Origin: Podarcis muralis
Lineage: Eukaryota
DNA: 64,000 bases
NCBI RefSeq assembly: GCF_964188315.1
Contig: NC_135665.1
Location: 66,836,001 to 66,900,000, forward strand
Reading direction: 5' to 3'
The notes beneath the pieces were generated by a model. It searched no databases and was not told the DNA's origin. It was given only the letters and a program-made list of their open reading frames with translations. The translations under genes and the position numbers were made by a program. Below, piece after piece: positions 1-11,162 of the stretch. The first letter of the stretch is position 1. Each line of letters begins with the position of its first letter.

Positions 1-456
1 TCAAAGGGCTTCCCCCCTCCCTGTGAGCCCCATGGAGGCAGGGGGCTTGGAGAGTCCTGCCTCTTTGCCCTTGGCCAGCCTTCTGGGGGCACTGAGGGGT
101 GTGACCCCTTGGGAGCCTCTTGCCCCCTGCCTGTCTGCTGCCCTCCATCCTGCAGCTGGCCTCCTCCCCTGGCTCCAGATTGGGGAAGATGGCAGCTGGC
201 AGGAGATAACTGGGGTGTCCTTGGTTGGGTTGCCTGGCAGCTGTCCCAGGGAAACGCTTCTGGCTCCTGGAGGGGGGCTTGGGGGTCTCAACTAGCTGCT
301 CCCTCCAAGAGGCTATGGGGACGTGACATGGATGTCCAGGGCTTCCCTTTTTCCTCTGGTGCTGACGGGGCTCCTGCCCTTCCTCTTCTCTCTCTCTCTC
401 ATTCTGTCTCTCTCTTTCTCCTTTCTTGCTGCTGGACATGGATCTTTCCCCTCCAG

Positions 457-536
457 AGCGCTCCCGGCAGGAGGAGGAGAAAAACAGCCTCCTGGCTACT
501 GAGCTGCGGCTGGTCCTCCACGGCCTCCACAACTGA
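457..536 (+). CDS. TPM2: Tropomyosin beta chain, alternative terminal exon 9c-type (ERSRQEEEKNSLLATELRLVLHGLHN*)
   Basis: Pyrimidine tract plus ctccag acceptor at 455-456. Read in phase 1 (as for other tropomyosin exon 9 variants) it gives 26 aa and TGA at 534-536. The pattern N.LL..EL+L.LH resembles exon 9c of TPM3/TPM1 as recalled. It lies just upstream of exon 9d. Confidence 0.8.
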
Positions 537-1183
537 GCCCCTCAGCTGCCCTTGCCTGCTTCATGGGGGGGGGGGGAGCCCCTCCCCTGCCCCTCCCTTC
601 TCCCCCCTGAGAAGCCCTTTTCTTGGAGCAAGAGGATTTGGGAAGGGGGTCTCCTCTCTTGCGCGCCTTCCTGGAGGATGGGCCTCCCAGAAGAGAGGCG
701 TGGTTCCCAGTCTGAGCTGGAGAAGAGCTCAGCAGAGGCTGGGCAGGGTGGGAGCCCCTTTTGACAAGGGGTGGGGTGAATGGGACAGGATCCTGGCAAG
801 CAGCGTCTCTCCTCTCTGCTTCTCCATCTCTCCTGAACTGCTCCTCTTGCTGCTGCTGCCTTGCTCCTCTTCACGGATCGACACCCTCTTCCAAGGTGTT
901 TGGGGACCGGAGCTGACTGTTCTCCTTAGGAGCAGGTGGTGGTGAAGAGGGCAGGCCTCTGGGCAAGCAGGATGGAGGGGCCACCTCAGCTGCCCTCCAG
1001 GGGCTGGGGTGGGGGGTGGGATCTTGCTGTTGGATGGAGCCGCTGAACTGACGGGGCCTCGCTCTGTGTGTGTGTGTGTGTCTCTCTTTATCTCCTGCCT
1101 CTTTCTCTCCTGGGCTGGGGGGGTGGGCTTCCTTCTGGCGGTGGTGGGGTGTGCCTGGGTGCCTGCCTGCCTTGTGTTTGCAG

Positions 1184-1266
1184 AGAGCTTGGCCAGCGCC
1201 AAGGAGGAGAACGTCGGCATCCACCAGGTCCTGGACCAGACACTGCTGGAACTGAACAACCTCTGA
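1184..1266 (+). CDS. TPM2: Tropomyosin beta chain, terminal exon 9d (ESLASAKEENVGIHQVLDQTLLELNNL*)
   Basis: tttgcag acceptor at 1182-1183; 83-nt phase-1 exon. The peptide is nearly identical to the recalled TPM2 9d C-terminus (ETLASAKEENVEIHQTLDQTLLELNNL). CA9 and ARHGEF39 are neighbours, as at the human TPM2 locus. Confidence 0.95.
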
Positions 1267-1431
1267 GGAGGGTCTGGAGCAGCAGCAGCAGCAGCAGCGG
1301 CCCCCTCCCCCCGCCCCACACTCTTGCCCGGCCAGCACCTCCTGCTGAAGGGAAGCCCCCTTGCCCCCCAGGCCGGTGCTGGCCCCTGTGGGGCTCTGCC
1401 TCTGCACTGCCCCTCACCTGCCTGTCCAGTT

Positions 1432-1437
1432 ATTAAA
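1432..1437 (+). terminator. Probable TPM2 poly(A) signal (ATTAAA)
   Basis: First poly(A) hexamer after the 9d stop, with G/T-rich sequence downstream. Confidence 0.6.
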
Positions 1438-2764
1438 GCAAGTTGAACAGAGGAGGGCTGTGTCTCCTGAGGTCTCTTTTGGGTGGGGCAGGGGGTGGGG
1501 GTCTCTGGACATAGGCCTCATTGTTGTCCTCAGGGGGGAGACTAAGGTACTTGTGGATACTCCCTTGAGGGGTGGGGGAGTGCTAGGGAAGAGCTGTGGC
1601 CCCTCTTATTTTTGGGGTGGTCTGGGCTGACACCTGAGGTGAACCACAACCCCCCTGGGATTAAGGGGTGAGTGCAGCGCCCAGGAGACCCCAGAGGGCA
1701 GCACCTGCCAGTTGCTCCCTAGGGGAGGAGAGCAGCAGCGCCTTCGGTTTGTGGGGCCCCTGGAGGCAGTGCTTTTCTTTGATCTGCTGCCCTGTGGCTC
1801 TGCCACCCTTGCCTCATGGGTGGGCCGGCCCTGGTGGTTGACTCCAAGGAGAAGGCAAGGGGTCTCTGAGAGGGCGTGTGGAGGAGCCAGAATGTAGCCA
1901 TGTAGCTCAGTGTTGTCTGCACTGGCTGGCAGCTGCTCTCTAGGTGGGATGGACCCTGGACTCTTCTGCACCCCAAGCCAGGTGCTCCACAAACAGCTGC
2001 AGCCCACAATGGGGCCTGAGGGGAGGCAGGCTGGCTGGCCAGGCAGGCAGGAGGAGGAGGAGGAGCTGGCTGGGCAAGCCGCCAGCCAGAGGAGATCCCT
2101 GTTGGGGGGCCAAGAGCCCTACAGGACTGGACACAGTCACTGGGGGGGAAATGGAACCAGCACCCACCTTCCATGTTTTGAAGAGGAGGTAGATGCAGAC
2201 CTGGCCCTCAGCGTGTGGGTGGGACACAGAGACACTTCTTAGCCCACCTAATTGTAGGAAGGATGGAGGCTTCCAGGTCTGGCTGCAATGCCTGCTGGGT
2301 GCCCTAGACCCTGGGGCAACCATCCTGCGCCCCTTGGGGTGGGGCTCCTCATGTGCTGGATGAGGCTGCCTTGCCCTTCTGCAGAGCTCTGACGCCCCTG
2401 CTCTGTCTCGTGGCCCCAGGTGTGGGGGTGGCAGGGATTCATTTCTGCCCTGGGGAGCTGCCTAGCAGAGCCTGCCAGGTGCTTTGGATAGGAGGGGAGA
2501 ACTAATGTAAGCTTGAGATCATTCCGCTTCCCAACCTGAGGATGTGAAAGTGGTCAATCCAAAAGGGCTGCACGAGGATCCAGGAAGTTGGAGGCGAGAA
2601 GAGCGGGGGAAAGGGTTTATGTTGACGCCCAATGAGGCGTCACCCCAAAAGGCATTGTGAGGATTCCTCAGGCGGCTGAATGAGCAGCAAAAGGGCAATT
2701 GCAGCTCAGTGAAAATAAGTGTACAGTGATGCACATTGCTGCAAAATAAATACACCTTAAATTT

Positions 2765-3760
2765 CATAGCATTGTAGAATTGGGAGGGACCTCAAGGGTC
2801 ATCTAGCCCAACCCCTTGCAGTGCAGAATAAAACAGCTAAAGAATTCATCAGAGAGTCCGTTTCATTGTGTTAACAGCTCTTGCTCTCAGATGGTTCCTT
2901 CTGGTGTACTGTCAGTCTATAGCCGGTTGAGTTCTGCCCTGCAGAGCAGGAAAACAAGCTTGCTTCATCTTCCTTTTGACCACCTTTAGAGATTTGAAGA
3001 TGGCTCTCATATCTCCTCTCAGTCTCCTCTTTTCCAAGCTAAACATACCCAGCTCCTTCAACTGTTCCTCATAAGGCTTGGTTCCCAGACCCTCTGCACA
3101 CGTTCCAGCTTGTCAACATCCTCCTTAAATTCTGGTGGCCAGAACTGGACACTGTATTCCAGGTGTGGCCTGACCAAGGCAGAGGAGAGAGGGACTATGA
3201 CTTCCCTTGATCTGGACACTAGACTTCTGTTGAGGCAGCCTAGAGTAGCATTTGCTTTTTCTGCTGCTGCATCACACTGTTGGCTCATGTTAAGCTTGTG
3301 GTCCTAAGACCCCTGGATCTTTTTCACATGTCCTACTAATAAGCCAGATGTTCCTCATCTTATATGTGTGCATCTGGTTCTTCCTGCTTAAGTGCAGAAC
3401 TTTACATTTGTCCCTATTGAAATTCATTTTGTTAGCCTGTGCCAAATTCTCCAAGCTGTTGTGCTCATTTTGAATCTTGCTTCTGTCTTCTGTGGCACTG
3501 GCCACCCCTCCGTTTGGTGCCATCTGCAAATTGGATGAGCATCCCCTCAATCCCTTCATCTAAGTCATTTATAGATGTTGGAGGACAAGGGGCCCAGGAC
3601 AGAACCCTGTGACACCCCCACCCGTCACTTTTTTCCAGGATGACGAAGATCCATTAAAGAGTCCTCTTTGGGCTCCAGCCAGCTACAAATCCACCTAACG
3701 TTTACCTCCTTCAGCCCACATTTTACCAGTTTCCTTGCAAGAATATCATGGGGGACTTTG
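2765..3760 (-). mobile_element. CR1 LINE fragment(s): ORF2 C-terminal part and 3' end
   Basis: The minus frame reads SQQCDAAAEKANATLGCLNRSLVSRSREVIVPLSSALVRPHLEYSVQFW, typical of CR1 ORF2. A CR1 3'-end motif lies near 2770-2825. Boundaries are approximate. Confidence 0.85.
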
Positions 3761-3899
3761 TTGAAAGCCTTAGTGCTTTTTTTTATATATATACTCGCCA
3801 TGAAGTTGTTACAGGAAGTGTCAGGCTTTTAACATTTCAAAAAAGATGCCGGTACTGTGTACCCTTGAGCACCTCTCCATCCATCCCCCCAAGCAAGTC

Positions 3900-5130
3900 A
3901 AGATCCGCTCCGTCCCCCGTGTTCCTAGACGGCGCCCCCAGTTTGCCATGGGGGCGGGAGGGGGCGTGCGCTCTCCCCACGGCAAGAGTTCGGCAGCTGC
4001 AACTCCCAGCCCCCCACGCCGAGGGCCCTTCGCCCTCCCCGCCCCGCAGCTGGTGGGCACTGGTGTTCCCCTGGGCTCTGCCGCCGCGTGGCTCCCCTGC
4101 CTGCCCCCCACTCGACTCCAGTTGCCCCGCCCCGCCCGGAGCAACGGACGGGGCGCCCGCCAGCCGCGCCCGGGAACGGCACTGGGGGTCCCCCTCGTCC
4201 CGGATCGGAAGGCGCCCGGGAGCCCCTGAGCTGCCCCCGCGACGCCGCCGCCGCCGCGCCCCCCGGGCCCGAGGAGCAGGAGGAGGAGCCGCCGCCGCCC
4301 TGCCTCCGCGCCCGCCCCCGGCGCCGGCCGGGATGTGATGTCAGGCGGGCGGAAGCGGCGGGGCGGAGGCCCGGCGGGGGGCCGAGGGAGCGGCGGGGGC
4401 GGAAGCAGCGCGTCTTCCTGGGCGCCGGGACCGGCTGGGCTCGCATCGCGGCGGCGGCGACGCCCCCCGTCGGGGCTCGGTGCGCGGCCATGACCCTGGC
4501 CGTCTTCTTCGGCTGCGCCTTCATCGCCTTCGGGCCGGCGCTGGCGCTCTTCCTGCTGACGGTGGTGGCCGAGCCGCTGCGCATCATCATCCTCATCGCA
4601 GGGTCAGTGCCGGGGGGGGGGGAGGAGGACCGGGAAGACCCCTCCCCGCGGGGGCCCGGCCTCTCTCTGGGGAGGGCTCCGGCGGAGGAAGAGGGTGCCC
4701 TGGGTGCGGCCCGGCCCGGTGTCATCCCGGGGGGGGGGGTGACATCGGCGCGCCGCCCCCCGGGACTCCCCCCACCCCCGAGGGCGGCTAGCCCCGCCCC
4801 CGGTGCCCAGTATGTGCTGGAGCAGCTAGCTGCGCCTCGGGCTGCCGGTGGGCTTGGGGGGCGGGGGGCGATGCCTGGGCCCTGGGGCTCCTGGGCCAGC
4901 CCGGGGGGCGCCTGGCTGGGGGGCGCCGGTGACCTTGGCCCTCCTCTCCTCCGGCTGCAGGGCCTTCTTCTGGCTGGCCTCGCTGCTCTTCTCCTCGCTG
5001 GTCTGGTTCATCGCGGCCAAGGCCAGCGACCCGTCCAACGAGGCGCTCCAGAGGGGCCTCCTCATCTTCGGCGTCATCTTCTCGGTGCTGCTGCAGGAGG
5101 CCTTCCGCTTCCTCTACTACAAGCTGCTCA
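3900..5130. promoter_or_regulatory. CpG island / APH1 promoter and exons 1-2
   Basis: Very dense CpG with multiple GGGCGG GC boxes at about 4345-4400, upstream of the ATG at 4490. Confidence 0.85.
4490..4602 (+). CDS. APH1: APH1 exon 1 (MTLAVFFGCAFIAFGPALALFLLTVVAEPLRIIILIAG)
   Basis: GCCATGA start; donor GG|gtcagt. Confidence 0.95.
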
Positions 5131-8100
5131 GGTAGGGGCGCTGGGGGGCACAGCCTTGGGCCAGGAAAGGTCCCTTTGAAGCCGAGTCCTGCGCTGCCAA
5201 GGGGACCCTCCCTCCCAGCAACCCAGCGACAAACCCTGGGGGGGGGGGGGAGAAGCAGTGGTGGAAGCTGCAGGTGGCAAGCGAGGCCCCCCGGGAGTCA
5301 CCTCCCAACCAGCCTGATGCCAGTCCTGGGCAAAATGATGCTGCCCATGACCCCTTACGCCACGTGGATACCACAGATTGTCCAGGTGCCCATTTTTGAC
5401 CCCCAGAAAAGAAGGCCTGGCAGCACCGGGCGAAGCCTCTGCCTGAATGCCTGGACTGCTGTGGCTGCTGCCGGTCAGGGCAGGCAGTGCAGGGCCGGGT
5501 GGGTGGAAGGAGGGACGTGGGGGCACCGGGCAGCTCCCCCTCTTCCTGTCCGTGGTGGGTTGAGCAGCCACAGACAAGGGGGGCTGGTTAGGGGTTCATC
5601 CTGGAGGGAGGCTGGGGGGGCAGGGCTCTCCCCTGCCTCTTCATACTTCCTGGGACCTGTGGCAATGTTATAGATGTCAGTAATCTGAAGGAAACAAAGC
5701 TGCATGAAGCAATGTAGCGCCATGAGAAAATACAGATTAAACTGGTATATGAAGAGGCTTCTCAGAGCAGATTCTTAGGCTGAATATTGGGCCTCCCTGA
5801 GCCTCTCTGCTTGTGCATTGGAACCTCTTCCCTTCCCCGGTCATTTTGGACTGATGCTGAGGGATTCCCACCCAGGCCTGAGGGTCCCGATCCCACAGCC
5901 TCCAGCTGGGCAAGAGCATGGGAAGCCAAACCGGGAGGCAGCAAGACTGTTCTTTGCACTCCTCTTGCGCTGAGGAGGAGCTGCAGTGGAAGTCTGCACC
6001 TTGGACCCTTCCTGCTTCTTCGGCCGTCTTCACTCGGATCTCTTTGGGCTCCGACACATCTCAGCATGCGAAAGGCTGCCTTTCCCCCATAGTCTTGCCT
6101 TCCAAGGTTGCCGTCAGCGCAGTGATCCTTCCTGTTTCCAGCACTAACTTGTTGCACCCTCCCCCGACCCCCATGAGGACTGTGGGGTGGAGGAGACTCC
6201 AGGGCAAAGTGAGATCCCTGGGGCAGAGACGGTGTGGGTTGCCCCACAGTCCACCACAGGGGCTTGGCAGACGCAGCAATGGCTGCTGCGGGGGCAGAGG
6301 AGATACTGGTCTGCCTGTAGCAAGGGGTCTTTCCTGGGCCTTTGGTCCCATTGAGGCCAGTGTGCCTGTCTTGTCTGCAGGACACACCCCCCCATCCACC
6401 TCTGGAGCTCAGAGATTCCCCTCGAAGACTAATCCTGATGAGCGCCACCCGTGAGGAGCCCCATCGGGAGAGATGGTGGGCTGCCCCATGACTGCGAAGG
6501 CCAGCAGGGGGGCTTGCCTTGCCTGGACTCCAATCATCAGCTTGGCTGGGGGTTTCTTCTGTGCAGACTTTATTCTCCTGAAATCAAGTTGAAAATAGAG
6601 GCAGAAAGGAAGGGTGCCCCTCTCATGGCACCAAGACTGCAGGCTCTAGTTGTGATTCCTGCCTTGTGGAGGGGGTCCCTTGGGGGTCCCTTCCAACTCT
6701 GCAGTTCTCGGGTTCTAAGACAGGCCAAAGTGCTTAAGGTGAGAGATGCTGGAGATTTCCAGTACAAAACTCAGGATTCCTTCTCTCCCCTGACCAGGAA
6801 GGCGATTGAGGGGCTGTTGGCCCTGAGTGAAGATGGCTGCTCTCCCATCTCCATCCAGCAGATGGCGTACGGTGCGTTTCTAGAGGGCAGGGAAGAGAAA
6901 TGGGCAAAAGGCAGGCGCTCTCAGCCCAGGGAGGGAGGGAGGAAGAAAGGAGGCCCGAAGGCGGGGGGGGGGGGGTCCCGACTTCTATATCCATGGGAGG
7001 GGCTGCTTGAGCGCACCCCCCCCCGGTCCAGACAATCTGGGGCTGAGCCATCTCCCTTCTGGGAGGGAAAAGAGCAGTCCAGGAAGGGGTGGAGAAGATG
7101 GGGGAGGCTCTGGGAGCATTCCTGGTGAAATGTCTGGGTCTGAGGAGGGGGTGGGGGGTGGGGTCCCACGGTCTGACTCTGCGCACAACGGCTTCTTCCC
7201 CGCAGTGGCCGGCCTGGGCTTTGGCCTCATGAGTGGGGCCTTCTCCATGATCAACCTGCTGGCGGACTCTCTGGGGCCCGGCACGGTGGGCATCCACGGG
7301 GACTCCCAGCTCTACTTCCTGACGTCAGGTAAGGGTCTCCAGAGACTCCCCCCCCCCTTGACCCCTCTGGCCTGCCTCCTCCCTGCCTAACGGATGCTCT
7401 CTCCCGCCTCAGCCTTCATGACGCTGGTGCTGGTCCTTCTGCACACCTTCTGGGGGATCATCTTCTTCCACGGTTGTGAGACCAAGCAGTGGTGGGAAGT
7501 GGGAGCTGTGGTGCTCACCCACCTGATCGTCTCTGGCCTGGTGAGTAGCTGGAGGGCAGAGAGGGGCGCACTTCTCATGCTGCTGCTGGCCAAAAACAGG
7601 GTTCGTTCATTTATTTATTTGCTATAAAGGTGCAGCATAAAACAAACAGTATATTGCATAATAAACAAATCGGGGCAATATTTATTCTTTTATTATAAAG
7701 GAAGGATAAAAGAATAAATGGAATATAAAAGAATGGCATCAATGAAGTCAAGCTACCAAAAACAAATCCTGGGTGATAAAGGGCAGAGAAGGGAGCAGCT
7801 GCCATGGGGGGGGGGGGCAGGGGCTTGGGGCTGAGTGGTGTAGTCTTGACACTGCGCCTGCTCTGTGCCGAGCTCCCTGCCGCCCCCCCCCCCCGCTGCC
7901 AGTGACTGGCAGTGATGTGGGGCTGGGAAGGGGAGAGGGAAAGCACTGCCACCCCCTCCAGCCACCCCACGGGCTGCTATGGGGTGTCTCTTCCACACTC
8001 TCCATTCCAACTCCCTTAAGAAGTAAGAAAATGCATTAATCTAAAACATAAAGGAATAAGTGAAATAATACTGACTTGGGTCTTCCAAATTCCCAACTGT

Positions 8101-10678
8101 TCTTAACTTGCTAGTATTTGGTATTTTAATAGTTGCTTTTTAAAAAAAATGAATCTCCAGAGAAATTGCATTGAATTTGCTGTTATTTAGCTACATTTAA
8201 TTGCCAGCATAAAACAGTCTGTATCTGCCTCTCAAATAGAAAATTCAGCACTGCAAAGTCATGTCCCAGGTAAAAAGAAGAAGAGCCCCCAAAGTTTTTG
8301 TAGTCTTTATGCAAAAGTTAGAAGAACTTCTGGTATAACATTAGTATTACCAGACAGGAGAAGCAAGTTTTACAGGGGAGGGAGGCGTGTGATGGAGAAG
8401 TCTAATTGGAGCTTTGAGTGGAATCTGTAAAGCTGCTCCATGGAGGGAATCAGTCCATGTCCACAGAAAAGGAAATGCTTCGGGGGGAAATGGGAATGGC
8501 ATGAAAGGATGGGGAAGACCATGCTAGTCACTTCATGTTCAGAGGTCAAAGGAGCAGGCAGAGAAGTCTGGTGCATTGGAGAGTGGGAAAGCCAGCTGAG
8601 GAGAAGCAGCTCTCCAAAAGCTCCCTGAGGAATAGATCCTTGAAAGTCCCCAAAAAAAGGACAAACAGAGCCATTTTTACCTTGTACCCAAATGCTTCTC
8701 ATGCGGGGGCCAGTTGAAAATCCCCTGGGAGGGAGTTGCGTCAAGGGGGCACCACCACCGAGAAGGCCCTGCTTCTTGCCCCTGGGCTGCCGCCGCAAGT
8801 CAGGCCAGCCCCGCAGGAGCCCCACAGAAGGAGCTCTTGTCCCAAGCCCTGGGGTCCCAAGGTGCTCCGGGCTCTGGGTGCAACCAGCCAGGCCCAGTTG
8901 CCCACTGGGAGCCAGTGCATGCTTAGGGATCGAGGTGGATGGTGATACATCTCACACCCCCCATGATGCTCCTCTAGGATCTGGGCTTCCCACGCTCTCA
9001 GAGAGGTGCCCCTTTCCACACTCCGGCGTCCGCCATGGTGCATTCATGGAGAAACCCATTCAGGAAGCAGCAGCCAGCTCCCAACTGTGCTGGGGGGGGG
9101 GGGGAGAGAACGGGCTGGCCCCAGACTTGGCCCCCCCCGTTCTGCTCTCCCACCCTTCCCTGCCTCTCCTGTCCCATCTGCCGAAGACCCAGCATAGGCG
9201 CTCCTGGGCACCTTCTGCCCTCACCTGTGCCGAGAGAGCTCTGAGGCGGCTTCCTGAACCCAGCACTTTGGTCATGGGGAGCTCAGGCGCTGTATTGGAG
9301 AGGTGTGTGTGTTGACACCCCCCCCCTTGATCTAGGCCAGCACACCTGAAGCAAGGTGAATGGAGTGTCTGGGTCACCATGAAAGGGGGCCGTGATGGTC
9401 CTCTGAGGGGCCTCCCCCCCCCCCACTGCTGGCAGCCAAAGGGTGAGGCAGGTCTGAGATACTTCTTCCATTCAGTTGTCAGGCCAGCAGAAATCTGAAC
9501 AGGCCAATTCTTAGATGACGGGTAGCAGCAAGTTCTCAAGGACATGCTAAAAATCCTCAAAAGACAAGAAAAGCAGCAGCACATTTGAGAACTATCCTGC
9601 AAAGGAGAGAATGGAGAAGTTTCATTCAGAATGAAACTCAATTCCTCCCCTTCTTCACCTTACATTTAGCAAAAAGAGATTCAAAATCCTAGGTTAGAAT
9701 CAGAGTTGTTGCTGAAAGGGGACCCCAAAGGTCATCTAGCCCAGCCCCCTGCAGTGCAGGAACCAGAGCTAAAGAATCCCTCACAGATGACCACCCAATC
9801 TCTGCTGAAAACCTTCCAAGGCAGGAGATTCCACCACCACCCAAGGGAGCCTTTTGACTACAGTCATAGCTCATACTATGTTTGCTTCATGATACGTTTT
9901 TTCAGGTTGCATCCCGTAGCGACCCGGAAGTACTGGCAAGGGTTACTTCCAGGTTTTGCCGCTCACACATGCGCAGACGCAGCGAATTGCAACCTGCGTG
10001 TGTGCAGACGTGCTGCTGTGGGTTGCGTTCTATTCATGTTGCGAACGGGCCTCCGGAACGGATCCTGTTCGCAACCAGAGGTACCACTGTACATCTGTTG
10101 ATGCAGCCTTGAATAGCATTAATCCTTTTTGCTGCTGCATCACACGGTGGACTCATGTTAAGACCCCTGGATCCTTTTCACATGTTTTGCTGGCAAGCCA
10201 GGTGTCCCTCATTGTGTCCATTTGTGCACTTGGTTCTTCCCGTCTAATTGCAAAACCTGACATTTGTCCCTATGGAAATGCCTTTTGTTAGTTCTTCCTC
10301 CAGAAGCATTCACTTCCCCTCCCTGTTTGTCTGCTGCAATGTGATGTTGTCTCCCTTCCTGCAGACGTTCTGGAACCCGATCTACCTGGGGAGCCTCCTC
10401 CCTGCCTACCTGCTCATGGCAGGTGCTGCCGTCTGGGCCTTCCACGTCTCTGGCGGCTCCAAAGAGAACCTGCGCCACTTCCTCCTGTGTAAGTATGGCC
10501 AGCCACACCCATCGTCACCCTGGCTCCAAGCAGCAACCCACCCAGAGGCCTTTGGCTCTCCCTGGAGGTGGCCCCTCCATCTCCTGGGGCTTGAGGTCCC
10601 AGGCTCTTTGCCTCTGACCCCCCCCTGTCTGTTTCCACAGGCCTGCGGAGTGGGACAGCGCCACCGCCCGGATCCTGA
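4490..10678 (+). CDS. APH1: Gamma-secretase subunit APH-1 family protein, 7 exons, 256 aa (paralog identity unresolved)
   Basis: Exons 4490-4602, 4961-5131, 6798-6871, 7206-7328, 7413-7540, 10365-10488 and 10641-10678 (113+171+74+123+128+124+38 = 771 nt). All introns are GT-AG and the frame is continuous. It keeps the GxxxGxxxG motif (GLGFGLMSG), GPGTVGIHGDS, and the two intramembrane His (LLHTFW, LTHL). Confidence 0.96.
4961..5131 (+). CDS. APH1: APH1 exon 2 (AFFWLASLLFSSLVWF...QEAFRFLYYKLLR)
   Basis: ctgcag acceptor; AG|gtaggg donor; 171 nt. Confidence 0.95.
6798..6871 (+). CDS. APH1: APH1 exon 3 (KAIEGLLALSEDGCSPISIQQMAY)
   Basis: gaccag acceptor; G|gtgcgt donor; 74 nt. Confidence 0.93.
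7206..7328 (+). CDS. APH1: APH1 exon 4 (VAGLGFGLMSGAFSMINLLADSLGPGTVGIHGDSQLYFLTS)
   Basis: cccgcag acceptor; AG|gtaagg donor; 123 nt. Confidence 0.95.
7413..7540 (+). CDS. APH1: APH1 exon 5 (AFMTLVLVLLHTFWGIIFFHGC...LTHLIVSGL)
   Basis: cctcag acceptor; TG|gtgagt donor; 128 nt. Confidence 0.95.
9861..10089. mobile_element. Tc1/mariner-type MITE inserted in a CR1 fragment (APH1 intron 5)
   Basis: Termini TA|CAGTCATAGCTC ... GAGGTACCACTG|TA with TA duplication. CR1 sequence lies on both sides (about 9680-9860 and 10095-10300). Confidence 0.75.
10365..10488 (+). CDS. APH1: APH1 exon 6 (TFWNPIYLGSLLPAYLLMAGAAVWAFHVSGGSKENLRHFLL)
   Basis: cctgcag acceptor; T|gtaagt donor; 124 nt. Confidence 0.94.
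10641..10678 (+). CDS. APH1: APH1 exon 7, coding part (CLRSGTAPPPGS*)
   Basis: tttccacag acceptor; TGA at 10676-10678 in frame; AATAAA at 11157. Confidence 0.8.
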
Positions 10679-11156
10679 GACCCCGCTGGGCTCCCCCGCC
10701 CTGTCCTTTGGAGCCATTTGCTGAGGCAAGGAGGACGCAGCTGCTGTGCCTTTGGGAGTGCTTCTGGGCCCGAGGAGGGGGCCGCTGGACTTGCCCCCGA
10801 AGCCCCTCTTGGGGCGAGTTGCCGTAGAAGGTCTGGGCACAAGGGGCGCTGCAGCAGAGCTCCTGGACCCTGTGAATCTGCAGCAAAAGCCCCCTCCCTC
10901 CAGAGAGGGGTTTCTGGCCAGCTGGTGTTGTTTAAATAGGGGGTGGGCTTTGGGGGTGCTGGGCGAATGACAGGTGCCGGCATAGGGTGTTGGGGGGGTG
11001 AGCATCTGTCTCTGTGGGGTGGGGGTGCAGAGGGAGAGCCAGCTGTGTGGTCTGCTTAGAGAAGAGAGGGGATCGGGGTGGGGGTTACTGGGGAAGGGGG
11101 AGTGCCCCACATGGCCTCTTTCTTTCATGGGGGGCACATCTCTGCACATTTGTACT

Positions 11157-11162
11157 AATAAA
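11157..11162 (+). terminator. APH1 poly(A) signal AATAAA
   Basis: Canonical hexamer about 480 nt after the stop, followed by GT-rich sequence. Confidence 0.8.

Noticed and set aside
109-945. 278-aa ORF at the window start
   Set aside because: Overlaps TPM2 intron, 9c exon and UTR in another frame; no homology signal.
3925-4725. 266-aa antisense ORF
   Set aside because: Low-complexity Gly/Arg/Ala/Pro shadow of the CpG island and APH1 exon 1, with no recognisable domain.
4088-5179. 363-aa plus-strand ORF over the APH1 5' region
   Set aside because: It is CpG-island read-through that includes APH1 exon 1 in frame plus intron 1. Stops are scarce because of extreme GC content.
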